Below, piece after piece: positions 14,222 to 26,800 of a stretch of 64,000 bases of DNA. Made by a program: the position numbers and the translations under genes. Origin of the DNA: Aplysia californica (taxonomy: Eukaryota); assembly GCF_000002075.1 (NCBI RefSeq), contig NW_004797486.1, forward strand, positions 867,806 through 931,805. Direction: 5' to 3'. The notes below the pieces were generated by a model, which was not told the origin of the DNA, made no database searches, and saw only the letters and a list, made by a program, of their open reading frames with translations. Every line of letters starts with the position of its first letter. Position 1 is the first letter of the stretch.

Positions 14222-14650
14222 TAGGGATGGGCAGGTAGTGGTACCCAGTACCGGAACTCCTGGTTCTACCGAAGGAGGTGTCAGTACCGGCACCAGGCCC
14301 CCAGTGCCAGCTCTGGGAAGGAGCTGTCCCAACGGTTTTTTACCGGGCCATGGGAAGTGTGCAGTGTTTAGGCCTAGGCCTAGCAGCTGTTACGTTAGAT
14401 GCACAACGCTACGGGTGACCTTGTTACATGACTTCAGATTCAAAATTGAATATCAAAAACCAAGTTTGCTTAAATCTAAATATGGCTTCGAATCAGGTTC
14501 CGCGAGAGCCACTTTGCTTATGCAGGCGGCGCAGATCGTGGCGTATGTGAGATGCGAGATGCTCTGTCTATGACGTCACCTCCTAGCCTTCTTTGCACCC
14601 AGTGCTGAGAAACTACCGACACTGGGTTTCACCGGTACCGCCCAGCACTA
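14222..14650. mobile_element. hAT MITE with 8-bp TSD ATGTATGT; allelic copy from 10701
   Basis: Termini TAGGGATGGGCAGGTA… and …taccgcccagcacta; TSD at 14214-14221 and 14651-14658. Confidence 0.85.
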
Positions 14651-14809
14651 ATGTATGTGCCTCTCTTCCTCTGCACCCACCTACCCACCTTTGTTTACTC
14701 TTGGAACCTCAAACTGTTACTTTCTAGAATTGTATGTTTACAAAGTGAAGCTTTTTTACTCCTTTACAGGTCTGATGAAAGAGAAAATACTCCACACTGC
14801 AGAGTGAAA

Positions 14810-14842
14810 ATGTCTTGGCAGCAAAACAGGGGCCCTGGGAGG
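14810..14842 (+). CDS. coding exon 1 (MSWQQNRGPGR); exon begins at the acceptor before 14770
   Basis: tttacag acceptor ends 14769; AAAATGT start context; AGG|gtgaga donor, phase 0. The frame is open upstream within the exon, so an earlier start cannot be excluded. Confidence 0.6.
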
Positions 14843-17800
14843 GTGAGAGAAAGTTGCTATTTCTTAAATGTTTCGAATTTTATGTTAAATGAGTACATGG
14901 TGTTGTGTTATGAAAATCAAGTGCATGATTTAAAGATTGTTTCATTCGCAGTGATAAAGTCAACTGTGTTTGTGTACAACCCCCCCTTCCCTTCCCCCAT
15001 GGAAGGTTTTATTCCACCTTTGTAAAGAGTATAACTCTGGGTAACCCTGGCACAACTCCGGAAATCCGAGCAATGTGTCCCTTCAGTGGGCTTGTTGATG
15101 GATTAGGAGCCTCAGAGTTGAACCAAACCACACCTGCATATATGGAATAAAAATACTCAAGTGACCCTTCTTAAGCTTTCAAAAAATATCTTGGGGTTTG
15201 TGGAAGTAGGTGGGGTCGTTGAGTCAAGCAAATCTATAATCACTAAGAAAAGGACTTTAATGGCTGCTTCTATCCACCTTCCTCCTATGGGAGCTTTCAG
15301 ATCAGATCTTAACCATCTAGAGTGCTGATGCGTAGAAGAGAATTACTGATCAAAGTCTGTCCAAGACAGGAAATGCAGCAAGACAAGCTTTGGGATACAT
15401 CCTTACTAATGTTCAAAAGCTGTCCTCAGGGGCGCTCCTTGTCAAATGGTTGTCAGAGAAAAAAGTGGTTGGACTTCTGAAACCACGTTCTTCGGCAGTA
15501 TCTTACGTGTCTGTGCATCACATCAAATTCAACAGCTTGAAGAGTATTGTTTGCAGCCATGAGCACCGGCATCTGTGGTGTAGTAGTTTGACGCCTAGCT
15601 GTCACATGCATAAGACCCAAGTTCGATTCCGGAGTGGGGAGAAAAGAGTCTCAAATATCTCTTGTCTTTCTGCTCAGATGTTGTATCCCTCTCAGCACGG
15701 GTTGGCCCTGACAGGCAAGGTCAGAAGTGCGCCTCATAATTGATCTAAATTGTCTCAGTGGGGGCGTAAAAAGACCTACATTAAAAAAACAAAACATTTA
15801 GCAGCTGTGAGCTAAAAGGCTTCTCAATGAAAGTAATTGTGGTCAACTATGAGGGTGTGGTTGAAGCCTGGTGGATTGCTCTTTTGTAGGGAGAGACCAC
15901 CCTTGAAATGAATACGATTGTCCTCACTTTCGATTTGTATCGCCCTCCTACCTCTGTTCGGGCTTCATACTTGGTCCTCAACACGGGACCCTGTGTGCTG
16001 AACCCTCTTCGCTGCTTCAAGTGTCAGAAGTTCGGCCATAGCCAGTTGCGATGCCAACACTCAACACATAGCTGTGAGTCCTCTTTGTGACAAAACTGGA
16101 CATCCTGAAATGGAATTGCAAAGCTAGCTCGTGCTGCCCCAATATCCATGGCGAGCTTATAGCTCTGTGCAAGGAGTGCTCAACTTGGCTCCAAGAATGC
16201 ACCATTCAACGATACAAAGTGTGAAATGGCTGCTCGTTGCAGGAAGCCCACAAAACTGTCTGCGAGTTGTGAACCCAGTCCCTGCCAGTCGTATGCGAAA
16301 GCCGTCCAGCCAGTCATGAGGTTGGCCTGTACTTCTACTGTCGACCCCGCAGAGCCCGTGGTCAACAGTTGAAAAACTGCACTCAAGAACAGTCTGGAGG
16401 AAAGGAAAGAGGAGCCAAGAGGATGTGGGGGGGAGGGGGGAGGGAGAGAAAGTGGAAATGAAAGCAGATGACATGACTAGAGAACAGGGAAGGAGGTGAA
16501 AAGAGAAAATTTTAGAGAAGAAGAGTTTCTTCTTTGTTGTCAGATTTTGAACCCGGGACCTTTTGAATGAGAGGCAAACACCTCTAGACCACGAGAGCCC
16601 CCTATTTCACCCTCTTAAACCCTATAATCATCAAGCTTCTCTAAAGGATTCACTCCTTGGTAAACCTGGAAAGCATAATATTGTGTTTGCATGGCTACCT
16701 AGTCATGTAGGCATCCAAAGGAATAAGCAGGTCGATCGTGTTGCTAAGGTTGTCCCTCCTGTTGGGATTAACGGAGAACACTCTCCCACATACAGACTTT
16801 AAAAACAAGGTCAAAAGCCGCACCAAAACACCTCCAGTCTGTGAGAGGAACAGAAGAGTCAACAAAGTGACAATAAACTCCATCATGTCATTCCTTTGTG
16901 TCCCTCTGGAAGAGCCGAAGTTTTTTAAAACGAAATTACGTATTGGACATTCCTGACATATAAAAACCTCCTGCAAGGAGATGAAAAGCCTTTGTGTCGG
17001 ATGCGATGCCGACTTAACGATCTGAAACATCTTAATAGAGTATCCAAACTTAGAAGAAACCAAGTAAATATTTTTAACGCACTGAAGGGAAGAATTTATT
17101 CTCTGTCTTTGATCCCCCCGAAAATTATTGATATTGTAAAGAACATTCATCTTTTCTCAAAGATGTAGATGGTGCTATTTTAAAAAAATGTGAACTACTG
17201 CTTTTGAAACGGAATTTTTACGGTGACATTTTTAAATTCAATCATTCGAACTTGGCAAAGTAAATTCAAATTGTGCTGTATCGTGAAAACAACAAGGTTT
17301 AGTCCCATGTGCTCATATAATATTATGCCGTTGTAAGCTCTGTAAAACTCTTACCAAACTGATGTTGTGTGTATTAAAAGAAAAATGTTAATGTCATCAT
17401 TTAGCTGTTGACTTTGGTAGCAGTATCACATATAATTAAAAATGTCTTTCGTTCTATTGGCTTACACCAAGTTTCTCAAAATTTTTCTTGGTCTTTGATA
17501 CCATATTTATTTGTCAGGGGTTATTTGGTTTAACACAATGTAAATATTTTCCCCCTTTTTTAAAGTGCTTTCAGTTTTTGGTGAAGGCAAGGCCAATCAA
17601 ACAATAGTTTTGGACTTTACTTTCATTGTTAGTTTTGTGCTGAAAGATTTTTGCCAATTCGTTTTAGATTGTTTTACAGTCTTGTTATTGTAGTCTTTAT
17701 TGACACAATGAAGAGGAAAAGGATACTAACACTTAACATGTTTATACCTACAGATTGGATTTATATTTATTCCTGATTTTTGTATTTATGGGAATATTTT

Positions 17801-20800
17801 GAAACAGCAAAGCCTTCCTGTGACAGCCCAGGCCTTAGAAGAACGGATCAACATGTACATAAGTGCAATGGACAAAGCTGCTGCACTGAACAACCTGCAG
17901 CAATCCTCACAGCTCCAGCGAGACATACAAGTAAGATGTGTTTAGGAAATCTACTTGTGTGTGCCGACTGTGCACTTTTTGACTCGTTTAGAAGAGGCCT
18001 TTTCTCTTTGCATTGACTGTTCTCCTGCTCTCGTCGAAAATATTAATGAGGCTTTTGGCTTGATGTAGTTATGTGGCTGATGAGTTATTATCGTCTTATT
18101 GTAAAACAACATGTATAGGGTACCCAAGTTGAAAGTCAATATGTATCCATGAAGCTTGCAGATGGAAAGCAAGGGAAATGTAGCTTCCTACGATGCCTTT
18201 CATGAGACAGTGATAGATGAGGATGCCTTTATTAATAGAAGACAAGTGTTTATGCTAGGGAAGTTGTGTTAGAATTCATGTCCGACTGTGCCTATTAGGA
18301 CACCATGTTATATTACTTAACACTTTGCCGCCTCATCTCGCCGATTGACGATGTTTCCCACCCAGTTTCTTTGGAATTTCCCCGAAATATGACAGTAAAG
18401 TGTTAATGGCCTTGCTATTTATAAAGCCTCCTTATGTAAAACAAAAAGCAGGCTGTTTGATGATAGCCCATGAACTGCTGGATCAATAATAACAGCATGT
18501 AAATCAGAGCTTCATGAACTTTTTCATTGGCTGATAGAAGTATGCTCTAGCTTTCATGACAGGTATTCAAGACAAAAGAAAATGCTGAAAATGTCTCTTA
18601 ATTTATTTTTTTGTATTTTTTTGAAATATGAGAAAAAAAGTGACCTAAGTTTTACATTTTTTTCTCTCAGTTGCTAGTGGATCTCATGGAGAGGGTCAGC
18701 GCTGGTCAGGCTGTTTGTGAAGCAGAAGTCCCTCCACCCCTTGATATAACACCTCAGAATGGTGAGTGGGTTGTTTTTTTTCTCCCTTCTCTAGGAGATA
18801 TTGGCTAATGTTTTAAGACATCTTCGTCTTGTTCTTGATGTTGTCATGATTTGTAAGTTAATTTAGACTATAATGATAATATGATAATTGATTGCATTTA
18901 TATTGTATGGAATCCCACTGGAAAGTAGGCTCTTTATGATTTACAAGTTATTGTTACCTGGAGCAGACAGTTTGACTTTTAGAAATATTTACAGATTTGT
19001 AGGAAACATTCAGTTAGGGTGCCATTTTACTAACAGACAAGATAAAACACATTATCTCCTGAGTAAATGGGCTTTTACTGATTTGAAATAAGTTTATGAG
19101 AAGCTGAGATGTAAGCATGATAATAAGTTAGTAATTCCCCCTAACCCTGTTCTGAGAAATCTGGGTTTGGAGTTCGAATTGATGTTTAAAAATCATTAAA
19201 AAAACAACAAATTTCTAATTGTTTTTCAAGCATATTATTTTAAGAATTTAAATAAGATAGATGTTCAAGTTTTTCATAGTGCACAGGACTCATTTTTTAG
19301 AATAGAATAAACCTTTTCACTTTATTGGATATCTCTACTTCAAAGCCAGCGACATCTTACTGATTTTCCTGTGGTGCCTCACACATGACCCTTTGCCAAT
19401 AGGCCGGGGTTTCTTCAAAAACCTTACAAAATGTGGTGGATGAATAAACTTGGTTAAAAAAGAGAAAGATTATTCTTTTTTATATCGGTTGCCGGGCCAG
19501 GTGCTGGTTAAACTACAAGTGAATATGTTGGAATTGCATTTTGTCAAGCGCTGATTTTTATTTTTTCTTATAAGGACTTATCATCAATAGTTATTGTCAT
19601 ATTTCTACTTTTTAGCCAGCAAACCAAATCCTTTCTTAAAATTTTTTTTAGCACTGTTCTTTGTGTATGTTCATCGCTCATGCCTTTTTTCTTTCTCTCT
19701 CTTTGTCGTTTATGTCTTTTTTTGTTTTCTCCTTAGTTATTTATTATTGGCACCATGATAGAGTCTTCCTTTAACGAATGACATAACAGTCTTTTTTTCC
19801 TGTGCCTATTTGTACCCAATTGATGCCATCTCTTTCATAAGTGTTGCAGAGGAAGATTCCAACAAATCATGTATTTTGTCATATGGTCTTTACTGTGTAA
19901 GTCTGCGTCTCTTTTGAATGACAAAGTTGCACACTTTGTGGGTGGTTGGCGGGTGCTCTGGTGTGCTTTGCTCCTTCTTTCCTATGAAACATCTATTTTC
20001 CTGATCTCTCCTTGTAACACCTCTAATCTTCGGCACTTATATGACCTAATTGTGTTGCAAGTGCAGTAAAACACTTATTAAAACTAAAAGTTGCACACTT
20101 TTGCCGATAGTTTTATGAAGTGTTTTCTGCTTTATTCTACTTACACGGCTCTCCAGTTATTCAGCTACTATAAAACATGATTTTTACAGATATTCTAGCT
20201 AACCCACTGGGTGAGCTGTCATCTAGAATGAGTGAATACCACAAGGCCCTCTACTTTGCTGAGGAAGAGCTGTCAGATCAGAGGATCAACAAAATAAAAG
20301 ACTTTCAGAGAGGATTGCACGTATGATTATTATTTGTGTTACTGTAGAGATATCAGCTCAGTACCTGTAGATGTTAAATGAAAATCAGATGTCTTTGGTG
20401 AGTGTGATCATACCAAACACTTGCGATGAATTTTTAAAATCTGAAATGTATTTTATCTTAACTTTAGTTGTTGTTCGTAGCTATCACAAGATGGCCAACG
20501 ACAAGTAATTTTTTTCATTTGCTTGTGGCATATTCCTTTTCTCTGACCTTACTTGACACAGAAGATTGTCTCATTTGGGGCATGTGTGTTAAATTTTTTT
20601 CAGTTTCTTTTTTGATTGATACCTTTGGTTCTTTCCAAACACACACTTTGGTTTCTCGGCACTTATATGACCTTATTGTGTTGCAAGTGCCGTAAAACTC
20701 TTTACTAAACTAAACACTTTGGTTTCTCGGCACTTATATGACCTAATTGTGTTGCAAGTGCCGTAAAACTCTTTACTAAACTAAACACTTTGGTTTCTCG

Positions 20801-23800
20801 TCACTTATATGACCTTATTGTGTTGCAAGTGCCGTAAAACTCTTTACTAAACTAAACACTTTGGTTTCTCGGCACTTATATGACCTAATTGTGTTGCAAG
20901 TGCCGTAAAACTCTTTACTAAACTAAACACTTTGGTTTCTCGGCACTTATATGACCTAATTGTGTTGCAAGTGCCGTAAAACTCTTTACTAAACTAAACA
21001 CTTTGGTTTCTCGGCACTTATATGACCTTATTGTGTTGCAAGTGCCGTAAAACTCTTTACTAAACTAAACACTTTGGTTTCTCGTCACTTATATGACCTT
21101 ATTGTGTTGCAAGTGCCGTAAAACTCTTTACTAAACTAAACACTTTGGTTTCTCGGCACTTATATGACCTAATTGTGTTGCAAGTGCCGTAAAACTCTTT
21201 ACTAAACTAAACACTTTGGTTTCTCGTCACTTATATGACCTTATTGTGTTGCAAGTGCCGTAAAACTCTTTACTAAACTAAACACTTTGGTTTCTGCCAA
21301 ATATTCTGAATGCCAGGAGACTAATAGAGCAGGTTCTGAAGCAGACTGTGTTGTCAGGCAGATTTCAAGGAATGCAACTTAGTTCTTAGCAGTTTGCTTC
21401 CCTTTACCTTCTATGTCTATTTTGTGATGAAATATATCCTGCTGGTGACACTGACTCAGGAGGGAAGAAAGAGATTGTTGTTTTTTATTTTTTATATTTT
21501 TTAGGGGGGTTGTAAAAAAATGAATATGTGTCACGATGCGGTGGAATTGGGGGCTTGTCAATTTTTGGGCATATAGAGTTATTGATGTCACCTTAATGCC
21601 TGTTCATTTGCTTCGCTTATCGCGGACCAAAAAATGCAAAAAATCACGACCCTGACAAACGCAGATGCTGGGTAAGTGTTTTACAGGGCTCGCAACTACG
21701 TAAGGTCATATGAGCGTGCGGGACACTCCAAATATTTTCAGTTGGTAGGAAATTTTGCCCGGGTGGTGGCCGAAGCCTACTCTAATCGATTTTGGACCAC
21801 CTAGGGATCTTTAACTTGCGGATCTTGCACTGGGGACCTCCGAGATTTTTGGCCCTTGTCTGAGAAGGCTAGGTATAGATCTTTCCTACCAGAAGATCAG
21901 GGGTATGGCTGAAAGACAGCAGTAAGAAGAAGCCAAGGAGTAGCAGTAGAAAAGCTGCAGAAAGAGTCAGGAGCCAATAGGAGGGGGAAAAGGAGGTGAG
22001 GGGGGTGGGAGTAGAAAGTGGAGATGAAAACAGACGACAGAACATTGCTAGAGAGCAGGAAAGAGTGTGCAATAGACTATGATAGAGAAGAAAAATTTTC
22101 GTGGCTATCCGGGTTCGAACTGAACCCAGGACCTATTGAATGAGAGGTGAACACCTTAACCTCCAGGCCACGAGAGCACCCCTTGGAACTCTATGGAACA
22201 GAACAAATGGTAACATTGCCTAAATGAAGGAAAGAGTGACCAGTGGAGGGGCCAGCTTTTTTATAATAGTCAGTTGCTTTGTCTGCTTATGAAGAACAAG
22301 CTATTGAACCATCTGACACTTGACCATGGACCTGCTTGGCAAGGCTCATGTAGTTTGCAAAAGAATGCTCTGTCTAACTGTGTATGTAGTGTGCACATTT
22401 CATTGCCCACTAAGCTACATCATCTCCACTTCCTTCACTCCAACCCCTTTTTCTACCAGCTTCCATTTCTTTTATTTAATATGACCCGTTATTTGTTGTG
22501 GCATGACATCACTTTGTTACTTATTTACCCCCTCTTATCTCCCCCACACTCCCATTACTGTGTTTTAGGGAACTTCATAACTTTGTAGAGTTTGTACTGG
22601 CCATGAAGAGTCACTTTGTATGCACAAAGTAAGGTAAAGCTGAATGCTTAGCGAAGTTTATTGCCCTAAGCTGAAAGTGGGCTCGTGGGCAGATTTTTAT
22701 TTTTATTAAAGATAGATTACTATTATAGAGAAAAAAAGTTCCATCACATAGTGAAAGCGGGCTCTTAGTTTAGGCACACAAGGTTCTTATGCTGCATGAT
22801 CTTAGGCAGAGATCAGTGTACTTGTTTACTTTTTCAGTTGATGCACAGTTTACAGAAGAGGGCTCAGGATGGTTTTCCTATCAGAGCAGATGAGATCCCG
22901 CCTTCTGTTGTCATTCCCAGTGATGATGGTAGGTACTGGTGATGGGTAGTTTCACTGAAAGTGCCTCCCTCTTCTATTCTGTTAACATATTCCTATTACT
23001 TTTTCAGCACCTATAATGTTTTACCATATTTTGCACCTAATTCATGGAATCAGAATAACTGATTGGATGGGCTCAGCTTCAAGTTGTATTTTATTTCCCA
23101 TTTTTATCCTTAGTCATCACATGAACTCTTTTGTTAAATAAATTGCATACCATACTCATTTTCACAGAAAAAAGATTGTATTTGCAGTTTTCGCTTACTG
23201 CCTCTTTTGGCGGCCTCTTTCAAGGCTACTACAAGGAGATGAAGTCGAAAACCCTTCAAAGTGGCTTTGTTTTCCAAAATGATATGCTCTACTGTTCTTT
23301 GGAGTGTAAATGGTAAAAGTGCATTCAAAGTCTTGATAAACATTTCCAATGCTAAAAGATGTTGCTGAAGAGCCATATTGCATTCTACTTGACCAAAACT
23401 TGCCAAGAGTGTATACATTAGCTGAATTCGACCTCATTTAATTCCTTTTGTGGCAGAAAAATTTTCTCCCTTATTTTTAAATATTTCTGACTCTGTATTT
23501 GGAACTTTTGTATGCTGTTGTATCAAGAATATTGGTATCCTTCACATTTAAGAATGATAAAGAGAGGAAGGCTGAAAAGTACTGGTAGGAGGGTCCTAAA
23601 TTCAGACTTTAAGGAGATAGAATACATCTTGACAGAAGTGGAGACTATAACCTAGGGTAGAAGTAGATAGAAGAGCTCTTAGATTATCCTATTTATCATG
23701 ATGAAAATTTTAATCAAATTTGAAATAAGTGAAGAGGAGATGCCTACTTCACTATGAGCTGCCTTTTCCCTGTTTAAACATTTTTTTTTTTCATCTGTAG

Positions 23801-26800
23801 AATTTGACAATGATGCTGTGAACACCTTAAATGGGAGGATCTCTCAGTACAAGGCTGTCTTGGCTTCTGCTCAGAATGGACAAGAAGGTGATCGGAGGAA
23901 AGTGCCCAAGATCCTGAGCGGATTACGGGTAAATGCCATTTTTAAACTGAAAAAGAGTTAGATATAATTGATTTTCTGCACTGTAGTATTCTGGGTACTG
24001 GTTGTGGAAATGAGGTGAAACAGCCAGTAGAGCTAAAATAGTCCACATGCTTATTTTATTTTTAGAACATAGGCTGTTTTGTGCTCCTGCCAATATCAGC
24101 AAACAACCGGCATCTGTGGTGTAGCGGTTAGATGCTTCACATTTGCTCTCCGGAGACCTGAGTTCGATTCAGGCATAGGGGATAATTTTTATCAGGTATG
24201 TTCATCTTCCTGGTGGGATCCAACAATCTCTGTCAACTGCGGATCATCTATATGGCATGGAGACTTTTGTACCTAAAACCTTTATTGAAGGAGGTCACCT
24301 GATTGCCATCTTTTCCTGCCTTGAAAAAGCGTTTTACTCAACTCAGAAGTACAATATTCTAAAAGACCTTAGTTCCATTGGCTTCCATTGTTATCTCTCT
24401 GCCTTGTTGGCAACTTTCTACAAAACTGTTCTTTGAAGGTTTATGTGGGATCTTGTTTCTTTTAGATCCTCACCAGCAGGAGGAAAGTGTTCCCCGGGGA
24501 AGCATCCTTTCTCCTCTCCTCTTTGAAATTACAGGCCCTCCAAAACAACATAGACAGCCTGATATATGTTGATGACTTTCTGATATGTTGCTGATTTAAA
24601 AATTCTCAAATAAGATCCCTGGAAAAACAGCTGCGCAGCTGTTCAAACTTGAAAAGTGGCCACGTGAAAATAATTTCAAAATGCCTGGCAGTGCGTTTTT
24701 GACATGTGTCACGACGCGGTGGAATCAGGTGCTCATCAATTTTTGGGTATTTGGAGTTATTGGGATCATCTTAAAGCTTGTTCATTTGTTGTGCTTCTGA
24801 TAAAAAAAATATCCATTTATTGTGGATACAAGTTGAGATATGGCGATTGAAGGAGGTGGTGGTCGCCTGGTTTCAGAGGTAAAATTAGTGAAAAAATGGC
24901 GGCCAAAGTTTAGTTATTTCCTTATCTTGAGAGTCAGTGGAAACTGAAAATTTAGATTTTTGGTCCTTTTAATCAATGTTTTCCAATAAAATCCACACAG
25001 AAATGTGTTTTTTAATGGGCATGAAAGGTGTTGAGCCCAAAAAAAAATTTTGATAAAAATTCCCAAACCTTCAAAAAAATGCCAGTTTCTTCACTTTCAT
25101 TAATACGACGAGCGCCTAATTTCACCACGCTGACTCACATATATATTTATACTCACTTTTAATATCTTGGAGGTCTTAGACATAGTATGTCAACAATGCT
25201 CTCTGTCAACACATAATAGTCTTTATACTGTATTGGCCTGTATTTTATGCCCAATGTTTTTGTTGTTTTTAAAAGCTTAGCCGATTAGGCCAATGTTTGC
25301 CACAAATACTGCTTGCAGTGAATGCCAGGAAAATATTGATGCTCAACCCTCTGTTGCTTTATCTATTGTCTTGTCAGATATTGCTGTTGCTGCTGCATCC
25401 TACTCTTTCATCTTGAAAATGGTTCACATTGGTTGTGGATACATCTACCTTGCCCCCCCTCCCCCGTGGGCAGTGCTACTGACTGAAGTTGTCTTTAGAC
25501 CATTCCCAAAGGGTGGATATTAACATGTCCTTATGCACAGTAGAATTGTATATTGGCTGATTTATCAATGTCATGCTCATACTGGGCCGGAACAACATAA
25601 TGGGAACTGCTGCTTTTTCTTTCCTCATCCTTACTTTTTCCTCTATTTCTTTTGTATGTTTATCACTCTCTTGTGAACTGCTATTTCCGGGGTGCCTTGA
25701 AAGTGGAAGCAGACTTTGTGCTGTTGAGGCTAGAGAGGTGGGCAGAGTAAGCGTGATTCCACGTTTGGACTACTCTGTTGACATCTACCCCTTGGAGATC
25801 ATATGACCTTATGCAGTTGTGAGCGCTGTAAAACCTTACTAAAACTAAAAATATCTGTCTTGGAAACACTGTATATTTTAATAGAAGTTGATTTTTTTGT
25901 CTCATTCCATTCCCTAGTCTTACATTACGTCTTTTGGAAGCCTTCTTAATGATGAAGGTATTCTAGTGGTCTGATCCTTCATAGTGTGTTCAGTGACAGT
26001 ACATTTGGAACTCATGAGTGTTCCTGTATGTCTGTCACTCTTTATAATTTTATGTTTCTATCTTGGGAAAAAGTTAATAAAGTAAATGTGAATGACAAAT
26101 CTTTTTCAGACTTTGGAATTTTTGATGACAAGAGCTAAAGCAAGAAGACCTGTGTGGAAAAGAGACATTCCTCCAGAATTTGATTACTATGGAGGAGAGG
26201 GAGGTAGGTGGTTTTCTTAGTAGCACCTTTTACATGATGAGATAATTTTTCAAAATTTAATTCAAATTTTTAGTTTAAAAAATCACATAATGGCTTAGTA
26301 TTTTCCACCCACGCAGCGTGCAGGGCGCACAGCCTTTGTCCCCATGTACCAGGATACAGTTAGGCTACATCAGTACTATACCTGTATTTCGGCAAAAATA
26401 CCCCAATCATTTTGAAATTTTCAGCACATTGAGAAAATTGAATGTGATGATCGTACGTTCTCCAAAAAAGGAAATTAAAATCAGAACTGAAAAAACATGA
26501 TGATCGTATGTTGACCAAAAAAGGAAATTGGAATCAGAACTGAAAACTTTTCATCTAGCACATACGTTACCCGAATTCTCATCATGGCATCAGTGTAAAG
26601 CAGCACTCATGCCAGGTCTACTTGATATTTTTCATTAAAATGTACTCCAATTGTTATAAACAAACTAATTTTCACCCTCAAAGGCACACAAACAATTCAG
26701 AAAGGAAATTATAACTTAAACAAGTGTGCATGCCTCAAAGGAGGTCATCCCTACAACATATTTGTTGCTATATCGTGCCGTCGCAGACCGGCGTCCCGTG

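Larger units (their letters stand above)
15030..17200 (+). mobile_element. degraded, internally deleted I/Nimb-like LINE
   Basis: ORF1 zinc knuckle NPLRCFKCQKFGH (~16000); RNase H motif IVFAWLPSHVGIQRNKQVDRVAK (~16680); C-terminal LRIGHS and CxxC…HIL (~16940-17040). Confidence 0.75.

Noticed and set aside
20643-21295. CRISPR-like array of palindromic repeats
   Set aside because: No unique spacers; the units are contiguous and near-identical; eukaryotic intron; no cas genes.
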